Shown: positions 37,987-47,030 of the stretch, one piece after another
Numbering within the stretch: position 1 is the first letter of the stretch
Layout of the letters: each line of letters begins with the position of its first letter
Assembly (NCBI GenBank): GCA_947500555.1
Contig: CANMSE010000006.1
Coordinates: 66,388-130,387, forward strand
Reading direction: 5' to 3'
Origin: an uncultured Fulvivirga sp.
Lineage (GTDB): Bacteria > Bacteroidota > Bacteroidia > Cytophagales > Cyclobacteriaceae
Length of the DNA stretch: 64,000 nt
Made by a program: the position numbers and the translations under genes
Notes under the pieces: generated by a model
Database searches by the model: none
Seen by the model: the letters and a program-made list of their open reading frames with translations, nothing else
What the model was told of the DNA's origin: nothing

Positions 37987-38034
37987 ATTTCGTATTTGTA
38001 GAACAAATTAATTCAATTACTACAAACACGAAAT
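37987..38034. promoter_or_regulatory. 15-nt-arm inverted repeat directly upstream of padR (candidate operator)
   Basis: atttcgtatttgtag (37987-38001) and ctacaaacacgaaat (38020-38034): 14 of 15 complementary, 18-nt AT-rich spacer. Confidence 0.45.
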
Positions 38035-38051
38035 TTGAATAAAAAGGTTAC

Positions 38052-38084
38052 AAAAAAAGCTCTACATTTCTGTAGAGCTTTTTT
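38052..38084 (-). terminator. Intrinsic terminator downstream of the SOD gene
   Basis: A-run, gctctaca-tttc-tgtagagc, T-run. Palindromic, so usable in both directions. Confidence 0.7.
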
Positions 38085-38101
38085 AATCTTATAATCAACT
38101 A

Positions 38102-38707
38102 TTATTTGCCTTCGGCATATCTCTTACTCACTTCTTCCCAATTGATCACGTTGAAAAAGGCTGAAATATAGTCTGGTCTTCTATTTTGATAGTTCAAATA
38201 GTAGGCGTGCTCCCAAACATCTAATCCTAGAATCGGTGTTCCGCCACATCCAACGTTAGGCATTAACGGGTTATCTTGGTTTGGACTAGAGCAAACTTCC
38301 ACTTTACCTCCTGAATGAACACATAGCCAAGCCCAACCTGAGCCAAAGCGAGTAGCCGCAGCATTCGAGAATTCTTCTTTAAACTTGTTGAATGATCCGT
38401 AAGCTGAATTAATAGCATCTGCTAATTCTCCACTTGGTTCACCACCACCATTTGGTGACATGACTGTCCAAAATAAGTTGTGGTTATAATATCCACCACC
38501 ATTATTTCTAATACCACCGTTATCAGAATGATTAGCTAGCAAATCTTCAATAGATTTTCCTTCCATTTCTGTTCCTTCTACAGCACCATTAAGTTTTGTA
38601 GTATATCCAGCATGGTGCTTTCCATGGTGAATTTCCATTGTTTTAGCATCTATATTTGGTTCCAATGCATCGTGTGCATATGGTAAATCTGGCAATTGAA
38701 ATGACAT
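38102..38707 (-). CDS. sodA: Superoxide dismutase, Fe/Mn family (Mn-type residues)
   Basis: [37 protein letters not shown] and SPNQDNPL resemble Mn-type enzymes. I prefer the ATG at 38707 to the track start at 38746. Confidence 0.9.
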   Translation of the reverse strand: MSFQLPDLPYAHDALEPNIDAKTMEIHHGKHHAGYTTKLNGAVEGTEMEGKSIEDLLANHSDNGGIRNNGGGYYNHNLFWTVMSPNGGGEPSGELADAINSAYGSFNKFKEEFSNAAATRFGSGWAWLCVHSGGKVEVCSSPNQDNPLMPNVGCGGTPILGLDVWEHAYYLNYQNRRPDYISAFFNVINWEEVSKRYAEGK

Positions 38708-38743
38708 AGTATTTTTAGTTTTTAATGTAACATGATTGTTAAA

Positions 38744-38751
38744 CAAATATA
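38744..38751 (-). promoter_or_regulatory. Candidate -7 promoter box (TAnnTTTG) for the SOD gene
   Basis: Minus strand reads TATATTTG, 37 nt upstream of the ATG at 38707. Confidence 0.3.
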
Positions 38752-38888
38752 ACTATCAAGTGTCTAACTAAAAACCAAAATAGTTTAACAAAATTGATGA
38801 TAACATAAGGTTAATCTATTGAGTGGCACAGAGCTTAGGGCAAAGTGCCAAGAGGAAATAATTGATGAATAGACATTTCCTATATGAT

Positions 38889-39335
38889 CTACTCTCTTAA
38901 CCTCCTAAAGAACCGAGTTATCAACTCACCTGCTTCAGCTGCCATAAGCCCATGACTTACTTCTGTCTTTGGATGTATTATATTCTTATTTAATGAATTG
39001 AATCCTCTTTTTTCATCGGAAGCAGCATAGATGATCTTACCAATTTGAGACCAGTACAAGGCTCCACCACACATGCAACAAGGTTCTAATGTGACATACA
39101 GTGTGCAATCATTCAGGTATTTTGAACCGAGATGGTTACATGCAGCCGTAATCGCTAGCATCTCCGCGTGAGCAGTAGGGTCATTCAATATCTCAGTTTG
39201 ATTGTAGGCTCTGGAAATTATTTGATTGTTGGCTACAACTACAGCCCCTACGGGTATTTCTCCAGCCTGTTCAGAAAGCAACGCCTGCTTTAGCGCCTCT
39301 TTCATAAAATGCTCGTCACTATGAATAGAAAGCAT
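38889..39335 (-). CDS. tadA: tRNA adenosine(34) deaminase
   Basis: HAEMLAI and PCCMCGGAL zinc-binding motifs. 148 aa. Confidence 0.9.
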   Translation of the reverse strand: MLSIHSDEHFMKEALKQALLSEQAGEIPVGAVVVANNQIISRAYNQTEILNDPTAHAEMLAITAACNHLGSKYLNDCTLYVTLEPCCMCGGALYWSQIGKIIYAASDEKRGFNSLNKNIIHPKTEVSHGLMAAEAGELITRFFRRLRE

Positions 39336-39889
39336 CAGATGCTATTCTTTACCTTAATACTATTCATAATTTTCGGAGCAATATCTACCCATTTGTCTTT
39401 TAATTGAATAGGGCAATTGAAGCTAAAAACAATGGTTTTGCCATTAATGAGGAGATATAAAATATAAGAATACTTTCTTACTGCTCCCTGTTGATCTAAG
39501 GTATATTTATCACCATTGATCCTTGAATCAAACTCAAAAATGATATAACGTTTGTCATCAATGATCTTTATTTCTTCGTTAATGAAATCTACTCTATCAT
39601 AAAGTTCCACTACACTTGCTTTAAAAAAATCTTTAGCGATTTCAATATCAGTAGATCTCCATCTGGTGGCTGAAATATTGACACTGAAATCAACTAATCT
39701 GTCCTCATTGGTATAAGCGCCTACAGGTTGTCGGACTGATGGAAGTCGTTGAGCCATATCCTGCTCAGTCATAGCAAAAAAGGTATCTGGAAGATTAACC
39801 GTGATATCATCACCTATTTTAGTCTTCACCAACTTATCACTCGCAGGTATTGCAATAAGAAGAATAGAAAGAAATGTAATTAACTTCAT
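39335..39889 (-). CDS. Secreted hypothetical protein
   Basis: ORF with signal peptide. 1-nt overlap with the tadA start. Confidence 0.5.
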   Translation of the reverse strand: MKLITFLSILLIAIPASDKLVKTKIGDDITVNLPDTFFAMTEQDMAQRLPSVRQPVGAYTNEDRLVDFSVNISATRWRSTDIEIAKDFFKASVVELYDRVDFINEEIKIIDDKRYIIFEFDSRINGDKYTLDQQGAVRKYSYILYLLINGKTIVFSFNCPIQLKDKWVDIAPKIMNSIKVKNSI

Positions 39890-39941
39890 AAAAGAGAAAT
39901 GGAATTTTGAACGTTATATTTTCCTACAAACTTAATACCGT

Positions 39942-39949
39942 TAACTTTG
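39942..39949 (+). promoter_or_regulatory. Candidate -7 promoter box (TAnnTTTG) for aspS
   Basis: TAACTTTG ends 25 nt upstream of the aspS ATG. Confidence 0.35.
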
Positions 39950-39974
39950 CGCCTTCAAAATTATAAATTTTAAG

Positions 39975-41726
39975 ATGCTACGAACACACACTTGCGGAGA
40001 ATTAAGGATTGAAGACGTAAATAAAGAAGTTACCCTATGCGGGTGGGTTCAAAAAACACGTGATAAGGGCAGCATCATATGGGTAGACCTACGTGATAAG
40101 TATGGCATTACTCAACTCCTATTGGAAGAAGGAACAACGAGTGAAGAGTTGTTAAAAAAAGCCGCCAAGCTAGGTCGTGAGTTCGTAGTTCAAGCCAAAG
40201 GGACTGTTATAGAGCGAATGAGTAAAAATGACAAGATTGCTACTGGTAATATTGAAATTAAAGTAAGCTCTATAGAAGTTTTAAATCCCTCAAAAGTCCC
40301 TCCTTTCACCATTGAAAATGATACGGATGGTGGTGAAGATTTGAGAATGAAATATCGCTATTTAGACTTAAGGAGAGCCACCGTTAGGAAGAATTTACAA
40401 TTGCGTCATCAACTGATGAAAGAGACCAGGGCGTATTTAGATGGCGTTGACTTTATAGAGGTAGAAACTCCGGTATTGATAAAATCCACTCCTGAGGGAG
40501 CAAGAGATTTTGTAGTGCCATCGAGAATGAATGAAGGAGAGTTTTATGCACTACCACAATCACCTCAAACGTTCAAGCAGCTTTTAATGGTTTCTGGCTT
40601 TGACAGGTACTACCAAATAGTTAAGTGTTTTAGAGATGAAGATTTACGAGCTGACCGCCAGCCTGAGTTTACCCAGATAGACTGTGAGTTGTCCTTTGTA
40701 GAACGCAAAGATGTGTTAGATACTTTTGAAGGACTTGTTAGACATCTTTTCAAGGCTGTTAAAGGAATGGACATCGGTGAAGTTCCACATATGCCTTACG
40801 ATGATGCGATGAAATATTATGGCTCTGACAAGCCTGACATTCGCTTTGACATGAAGTTTGTGGAGCTTAATGATGTAGCTCAAGGTAAAGGGTTTAATGT
40901 ATTTGATAGTTCGGAACTAATCGTAGGTATTAATGCTAAAGGCGCTGCTGAGTATACTCGTAAGCAGTTGGATGCTCTGACTGATTATGTTAGGCGTCCA
41001 CAAGTTGGAGCCAAGGGATTGGTATATGTAAAATGCAATACCGATGGTACTTTCAAATCTTCTGTTGACAAGTTTTACTCTCAGGAGGATTTAAAGGAAT
41101 GGGCTAATAAAATGAATGCCGAAACAGGTGATTTATTGCTAGTGTTGAGCGGAGATATAGACCACACCCGCAAAGCAATGAATGAGCTTCGCTTACACAT
41201 GGGTAATGAGCTCGGCTTGAGGAATAAAGACGACTACAAATTACTTTGGGTAGTTGATTTTCCACTATTGGAATGGGATGAAGATTCTCAACGATACCAT
41301 GCGATGCATCATCCATTTACTTCGCCAATTCCTGAAGATTTAGATAAGTTGGAAAATACTCCCGGTGATGTAAAAGCTAATGCTTATGATTTGGTGGTCA
41401 ATGGGGTTGAACTAGGTGGCGGTTCGATCAGAATTCATGATAAGACGGTACAACAAAGAATGTTTAAGGCATTAGGCTTTACTGAAGAAGAAGCTCAAGC
41501 ACAGTTTGGCTTTTTACTAGAAGCCTTTGAGTATGGAGCGCCTCCTCATGGTGGTATTGCTTTCGGTTTTGACAGGCTTTGCGCGCTCTTCGGTGGCTCT
41601 GATTCTATCAGAGATTACATCGCCTTCCCAAAGAATAATTCAGGAAGGGACGTAATGATAGATTCTCCAAGTAAAATTGATCAAGCTCAGTTGGATGAAT
41701 TGAATTTGTCGCTTAAAACCAAATAA
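39975..41726 (+). CDS. aspS: Aspartate--tRNA ligase
   Basis: [11 protein letters not shown]..., [29 protein letters not shown] and GGGSIRIH are class II motifs. Confidence 0.95.
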   Translation: MLRTHTCGELRIEDVNKEVTLCGWVQKTRDKGSIIWVDLRDKYGITQLLLEEGTTSEELLKKAAKLGREFVVQAKGTVIERMSKNDKIATGNIEIKVSSIEVLNPSKVPPFTIENDTDGGEDLRMKYRYLDLRRATVRKNLQLRHQLMKETRAYLDGVDFIEVETPVLIKSTPEGARDFVVPSRMNEGEFYALPQSPQTFKQLLMVSGFDRYYQIVKCFRDEDLRADRQPEFTQIDCELSFVERKDVLDTFEGLVRHLFKAVKGMDIGEVPHMPYDDAMKYYGSDKPDIRFDMKFVELNDVAQGKGFNVFDSSELIVGINAKGAAEYTRKQLDALTDYVRRPQVGAKGLVYVKCNTDGTFKSSVDKFYSQEDLKEWANKMNAETGDLLLVLSGDIDHTRKAMNELRLHMGNELGLRNKDDYKLLWVVDFPLLEWDEDSQRYHAMHHPFTSPIPEDLDKLENTPGDVKANAYDLVVNGVELGGGSIRIHDKTVQQRMFKALGFTEEEAQAQFGFLLEAFEYGAPPHGGIAFGFDRLCALFGGSDSIRDYIAFPKNNSGRDVMIDSPSKIDQAQLDELNLSLKTK

Positions 41727-41728
41727 GA

Positions 41729-42364
41729 CTAGAAGTTTCCAAATTTCAAGGAGATGTGTCCACTATAATTAGTTAGTTCTGAATCAGTGATATTTACTAA
41801 TTCGGATTCCGCAACATAGCGATAGCTTACACCCATTCCGAGACGGAAAAACTTGGTGACATTCATTTCAAGTTCAATACCCGGTTCAATTACAAAAAAA
41901 GCTGATGACTCATCAAATTCATCATTATTTCTGTCAAAATCATCAGGTGAGTTTTCTGTGATGTAAGCGCCTCCGGCACCGATAAGAATAGGTATATTAA
42001 CATGTATCACTTCTCTTGGAGCAATAATAGCACCTAACACTAGTCCGCCATATCCACCATAAAGATATTGTCGTGTTTCCGGTTCTGTACCAATAAAGTC
42101 AATCTCCGTAGCCATGCCGTAAGCTCCAAGTCCTATAACAAAATGATTGCTCATAATAATACCACCCATAACTCCAGGCATCAGAGCTATATCATCTTTG
42201 ATTTCTGTTGTCTTGAGGTCAAGTGATCCGAACCCTCTTACACTTGAGTTTCTGCCTAAAATGGTTTTAATCTCTTTGTTTTTAACTTCTTCATATTCTT
42301 CTTGAGCGTAGACCGAAACTGAAATAGTAAGTATTAAGAGTAAGGTTAGTCTTGTTGTTTTCAT
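41729..42364 (-). CDS. Secreted beta-rich protein (possible outer-membrane protein)
   Basis: Signal peptide, Gly-rich alternating pattern, C-terminal F. Confidence 0.45.
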   Translation of the reverse strand: MKTTRLTLLLILTISVSVYAQEEYEEVKNKEIKTILGRNSSVRGFGSLDLKTTEIKDDIALMPGVMGGIIMSNHFVIGLGAYGMATEIDFIGTEPETRQYLYGGYGGLVLGAIIAPREVIHVNIPILIGAGGAYITENSPDDFDRNNDEFDESSAFFVIEPGIELEMNVTKFFRLGMGVSYRYVAESELVNITDSELTNYSGHISLKFGNF

Positions 42365-42386
42365 CGTTTTGAGTTTTGTTGATTAA

Positions 42387-43481
42387 TCATTTTAGTGCGT
42401 ACTGAAGAATAAGCCGTCCTCCATCAGCTTGTATATTCACAATGCCATTTTTACTTTGTCCTACACCCATGGTGCCATTGACCTGAGTTAGTTTATCATC
42501 CGATTCATAGACCTGTTTCTGGTAATCTCCATATCCCAAGGTCATATTTTCATCTTTACCTACCAGATCAATGCTGATTAAAGAGTTTTGTGCAAACATG
42601 AGATTGAAGTCTGTTGATTTACCAATCAACTCTATATCCTTAAAATCATGATTGACGGCTGTTACATTCAGTTCCCCATAATTCATATCTACAAAGGCCG
42701 TATACGTCAGTTTTTTAACATTTATTTTTGAGAAACTACTTTCACCTCGAAGGGTATTGAGACTATCAATTTGCAACTTATCATTTCGTGAATGGATACT
42801 CAGCAAGTCGAGATGTGATATAAAAAGAGTGGATGAACTGCTTTTAATATCCAGATCATCTGCCTTTTCCAATTCCAAATCAGCAGAACGCAAATTTAAC
42901 CTACCATTTTTAACTTTATTAATGATGGCTCTTCCAAAGCTAAGGTCAAGTTTAAGGTCACCGGAAACTTCATCTGTTTTTAAATCTCCATTGGCTAATT
43001 CAACTCGTACATCTCCCTTAAAATTATCCAGGTAAACATCTCCAAATTTATTTATGATATTAATGTTAGCTGACTTGGGAGCATATACTTCGTATTCAAT
43101 AGTCAGTTTGTGTTTTCCCAATATACCTTTTGAAAAATCATTTACATCATTCCAGAGATCTCTAAAGAAGCCTTTTGACCTATCCAAAATAGTCTCTGCC
43201 ACCACAAACTCTCCCGCCTGATTGAAATCAAAATCCACCCGATTCAAAAGCTTCTCAGAGGCCTCTTTATCCTTTCCAAAACCTACTATTTTAATATTTA
43301 TATGCAGTGAATCTTTTTCCCATGAATTGACAATCACGTTGCCATACTTATTGGTAATATCCAGACTAACACTCTTACCTACCTTAAAGCTCTTGCTCAA
43401 CCTCTTTTCTTCACTACTTTCAGTACGACTATATGTATCACATACAATCAGTAGTAGGAGTAAACTAAATAGATATTTCAT
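42387..43481 (-). CDS. DUF4097-like beta-strand repeat protein (putative adhesin)
   Basis: Repetitive GD(L/V)K... segments. I prefer the ATG at 43481 (MKYLFSLLLLLIVC). Downstream of a sigma / anti-sigma-like pair. Confidence 0.6.
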   Translation of the reverse strand: MKYLFSLLLLLIVCDTYSRTESSEEKRLSKSFKVGKSVSLDITNKYGNVIVNSWEKDSLHINIKIVGFGKDKEASEKLLNRVDFDFNQAGEFVVAETILDRSKGFFRDLWNDVNDFSKGILGKHKLTIEYEVYAPKSANINIINKFGDVYLDNFKGDVRVELANGDLKTDEVSGDLKLDLSFGRAIINKVKNGRLNLRSADLELEKADDLDIKSSSSTLFISHLDLLSIHSRNDKLQIDSLNTLRGESSFSKINVKKLTYTAFVDMNYGELNVTAVNHDFKDIELIGKSTDFNLMFAQNSLISIDLVGKDENMTLGYGDYQKQVYESDDKLTQVNGTMGVGQSKNGIVNIQADGGRLILQYALK

Positions 43482-43956
43482 TGTCGGTATCTGATTCATT
43501 GTCCTGAATTTCATTTAATATCTGTTCAAGCATGGTTAGCTTAACACGATGCATTTCCATCATCGCTTGTATCACCTCTTCGTTATCAACATCATCTTTC
43601 AAATCTTTTTTTAACGTTTCATACTCCTTATCAAGAACTTCTAAGTCCTCAAAGACTATGGGATCAATTTCTACATTATGACTTTTTATATATTGCAGTT
43701 TTTCAGTCATATGTGATGAATAATAATTCTCAGCTTCTATTATTTCTCCTGGCAGAAGGCTACTCTGATAGCCAGAATAAACTGAAAGACTGACCACCAT
43801 AAGCAATAGAATAGCTGCGGCCATTTTCCACCAGTACAGCTTATGAACTTTGCCCATTTCTATGTCTATACCTTTCCAGATAGCATCTGCATCTGAGTCA
43901 TGAATTTCAAATTCATCCCTATTCTCGCTAACTAGTTTTTTAAATTTATCTTCCAT
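43465..43956 (-). CDS. Single-pass membrane protein, putative anti-sigma factor
   Basis: Immediately follows the ECF sigma gene. One TM segment (WWKMAAAILLLMVVSLSVY). Confidence 0.5.
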   Translation of the reverse strand: MEDKFKKLVSENRDEFEIHDSDADAIWKGIDIEMGKVHKLYWWKMAAAILLLMVVSLSVYSGYQSSLLPGEIIEAENYYSSHMTEKLQYIKSHNVEIDPIVFEDLEVLDKEYETLKKDLKDDVDNEEVIQAMMEMHRVKLTMLEQILNEIQDNESDTDNEISI

Positions 43957-43959
43957 ATC

Positions 43960-44562
43960 CTAATTCATTTGGGTTGAAAGTAGTTGTCTTATTTTCACCT
44001 TTGCTTTGCTATATTGAGCTCTTGATGTTACCTCCGATATTGATAGGATTTCTGCTATCTCAGTATGATCGTAGCCCTCGAAAACATACAGATTCAGAAT
44101 CGTTCTACATCCTTCAGAAATATTATCCATAGCCTTAAGTATATTTTTGATCTGATAATTAGCCCAATCCTGATCATCTTCTTCCTCTTCCTTATCTAAA
44201 GCTTGCTGATCGAATTCTTCAACATGCCTTCTTTTCCTTAAAGCATCAATGCAATGATTGACCACAATACGTTTTAACCAGCCAGCGAAAGAAACTTTAT
44301 CTTGAAGCATATTTAGCTTCGAAAAAGCATGTATAAATGCTTCTTGCATCACATCTTTCGCGTCTTCATCATCTCCCATCATCCTTCTGCATATATTGTA
44401 CATAGCTTTGAAATAAAGCTGATACAATTCGCATTGCGCCTTACGATCACCCTTTTGGCTGCGTTCTATCAGATAATCTTGTAGGTGATTTTGAGAATCC
44501 AAGCTATAGCTAATTTTCACTAATAAGACGGGGTCATTGATCCAACCGTTGCCAGTCAGCAA
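43960..44562 (-). CDS. ECF-type sigma-70 family factor
   Basis: Region 2 (DDEDAKDVMQEAFIHAF...FAGWLKRIVVN) and region 4 (DHTEIAEILSISEVTSRAQYSKAK). The track start is TTG, so the real start may be further downstream. Confidence 0.85.
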   Translation of the reverse strand: MLTGNGWINDPVLLVKISYSLDSQNHLQDYLIERSQKGDRKAQCELYQLYFKAMYNICRRMMGDDEDAKDVMQEAFIHAFSKLNMLQDKVSFAGWLKRIVVNHCIDALRKRRHVEEFDQQALDKEEEEDDQDWANYQIKNILKAMDNISEGCRTILNLYVFEGYDHTEIAEILSISEVTSRAQYSKAKVKIRQLLSTQMN

Positions 44563-44636
44563 TTATTTTTATTAGATTCTAAAATACTTTGCTTTATTCA
44601 AAGTATGGTTATGATGAAGTAAAGTGAGTTCTGAGT

Positions 44637-47030
44637 CTACTCACTCCTTAAAGTTTGCGAAGGGTTAATACTGGTGGTTTTTACTACTCTATAACTCACC
44701 GAAATTAATGCGACCAATAAAGCAGCCAGCCCTGCAACTAGAAACTCCAGTAGTCCTAAATTAAATGCATAGGCAAAGTTATCTAACCAGGCATCCATAA
44801 AATACCAAGATATAGGTGCAGCAATTAGAAATGCGAAAAACACCTGTTTGGCAAAGGTGGTAGATAACAAGATAAATAAGCTATATCTGGTGGCCCCAAG
44901 TACCTTTCTTACCCCTATTTCCTTGGTTCTTTTTTGAACAATAAAGGAAGCCATACCAAATAAACCCATGCAAGCAATTATAATTGTTAGTGTTGCCCCT
45001 GCTGAGAATACCTTTGCCACCTGTTTTTCTTCACTGTAAAATAATTCCAGTTGCTTATCCAGAAAATGAAATTCCATGGCTGTTGATTCATCAAATTGCG
45101 TATGCACCTCATTAGCAGCTTTTATTATTTCTTGATAATCAACTCCGTGGGCCATTCGCAAAGAAAAATAATCAATACTTCTCACGGGATTAGACCAATA
45201 CCCAATAACTAACGGAGATATAGACTGATGCAATGATTGAAAATTAAAATCTTTAACAACTCCTATAACTTTAAACTTCTCTTGATGACTATCAATGTAT
45301 ATACTCTTACCTAATACATCTCCGCCAAGCCTTTTGGCAGCTGTCTCATTTATAATGATATGTGTGGAATCTTCAGCCAGTATACCTCGAAAATTAATTC
45401 CTCGCATCAATTCTAATTCATATGTATCCAACATATTCTGATCAAAGCACATGAAATAGGTCTGAATTGAATCACTTACATTTCCATTCGGCTTAATGAC
45501 TATTTCATTAATATTTTTCCATTCCCCTGGCACTCTGGAAGAAACAGCAGTATTAACGATGCCGTCAATATCTGAGAACTGTTTTCTCATTGTCTCGAAA
45601 TTGCTTCTGACATTACGATCGTTAATATCTATAATTAGTAGTTATTCTTTATCAAAGCCCAAGGACTTATTGCTTATAAAATTCATCTGCCTTGATACCA
45701 CAATGGTCGCAACGATCATGAAAATAGACAACGCAAACTGTACAATCACTAATGATTTACGCAGGTAGACGGTACTAGTGCCTTTAAAGTTGCTTTTTAA
45801 AGCAGCAGATGGTTGAAGTCTTGATAGATATAACGCTGGATAACTTCCTGCAAGGATTCCAACCAATAGCGATATTCCAAATAAAAGTCCAATCATGCGA
45901 CCGGAGAACGTTTCTACGGTTATATCCGAATCAATCAACTGGTTAAAGTATGGAAGGACTAAATCGATTGTTAATAAGGAAATTAGAAAAGCTATTACCG
46001 ATATGATCATGGCTTCACTCAGAAATTGAACAATCAATTGATTTTGTGTAGCACCAGAAACCTTTCTGGTTCCAATTTCTTTTGCCCTTTGCATAGATTT
46101 AGCCGTGGCCAAATTAATATAATTGATACAGGCCATCAGGATAAGAAAAAAAGCTATAGCTCCAAAAATATAAATGGTAAACCAACTTCCTTTAGCTCTG
46201 ACCATACCACCTTCAATTAAGTCAGATTCTAAGTAAACATCTCGCAGAGGTTGTAAGTCAATAGAATGCTGGTCACTGACCTCGCCTCGATTTCTAAAAA
46301 TAAACTCTTCGGATTGTTCTTGTAAATAATCTAACCCCGTTTCACTGGCCAGTTCCACATAGGTAGAAGCGAAATAGATGTCCCATGAGTTAATGGCTCT
46401 CTGCCACCAGGACCATTCATCAAAAGATACATTTTTTGAGATTACGACCTCCAAATCAAGTTGTGAATTCGAAGGCATATCTTCAATAACACCGGTCACT
46501 TTTGCAGTAAAACTGTTAAACTCCATCACTTCATTCAAAGCAGATTTTTCGCCAAAATATTTAGTAGCTGTCCCTTTTGAAAGAACTATAGAGTTTGGTT
46601 CTGACAAAGCTGTGTGCCTGTCGCCCTCAAGAAACTCAAAGTCAAATATCTCAAAGAAAGTACTGTCTGCTATAGCCCATTTACGTTCAGAAATACGATC
46701 ACCTTTCCAATGAATATCTATATGGCCAAAAGGCTGAAATAATCTGGTTTGATTGACCACTTCCGCATATTGACCCAATAGAGCCGGACCTGTTAATGCA
46801 GATGTCCTTCCATAAGAACGAGGCTCTTCTCCAGTTTTATCAATTTCTATTACTCGAGCAATCTTTGAGGCATTAGAGTGAAATGCGTCAAAAGAAAGTT
46901 CGTTATCAATAAATAGAAACAGTAAAAAGGAACATGTAAGGCCAAGTGACAGCCCGAAAATATTTATGAAAGAATAGACACTATTTCGTCTTAGATTTCT
47001 AAAAGCTATTTTGATATAATTCCTAAACAT
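44637..47030 (-). pseudogene. MacB/FtsX-type permease interrupted by a single in-frame TAA
   Basis: ORFs 45642..47030 (N-terminal half) and 44637..45590 (C-terminal half) are in the same frame (2394 nt total). They are separated by a TAA at 45642-45644 plus 17 sense codons, and together they match the length and architecture of the neighbouring 805-aa paralog. Confidence 0.75.

Noticed and set aside
45591-45641. Frameshift or inserted element as the cause of the split FtsX gene
   Set aside because: The two halves are in the same frame. The 51-nt gap translates without stops and aligns in character with the paralogs. A single nonsense codon is enough to explain the split.
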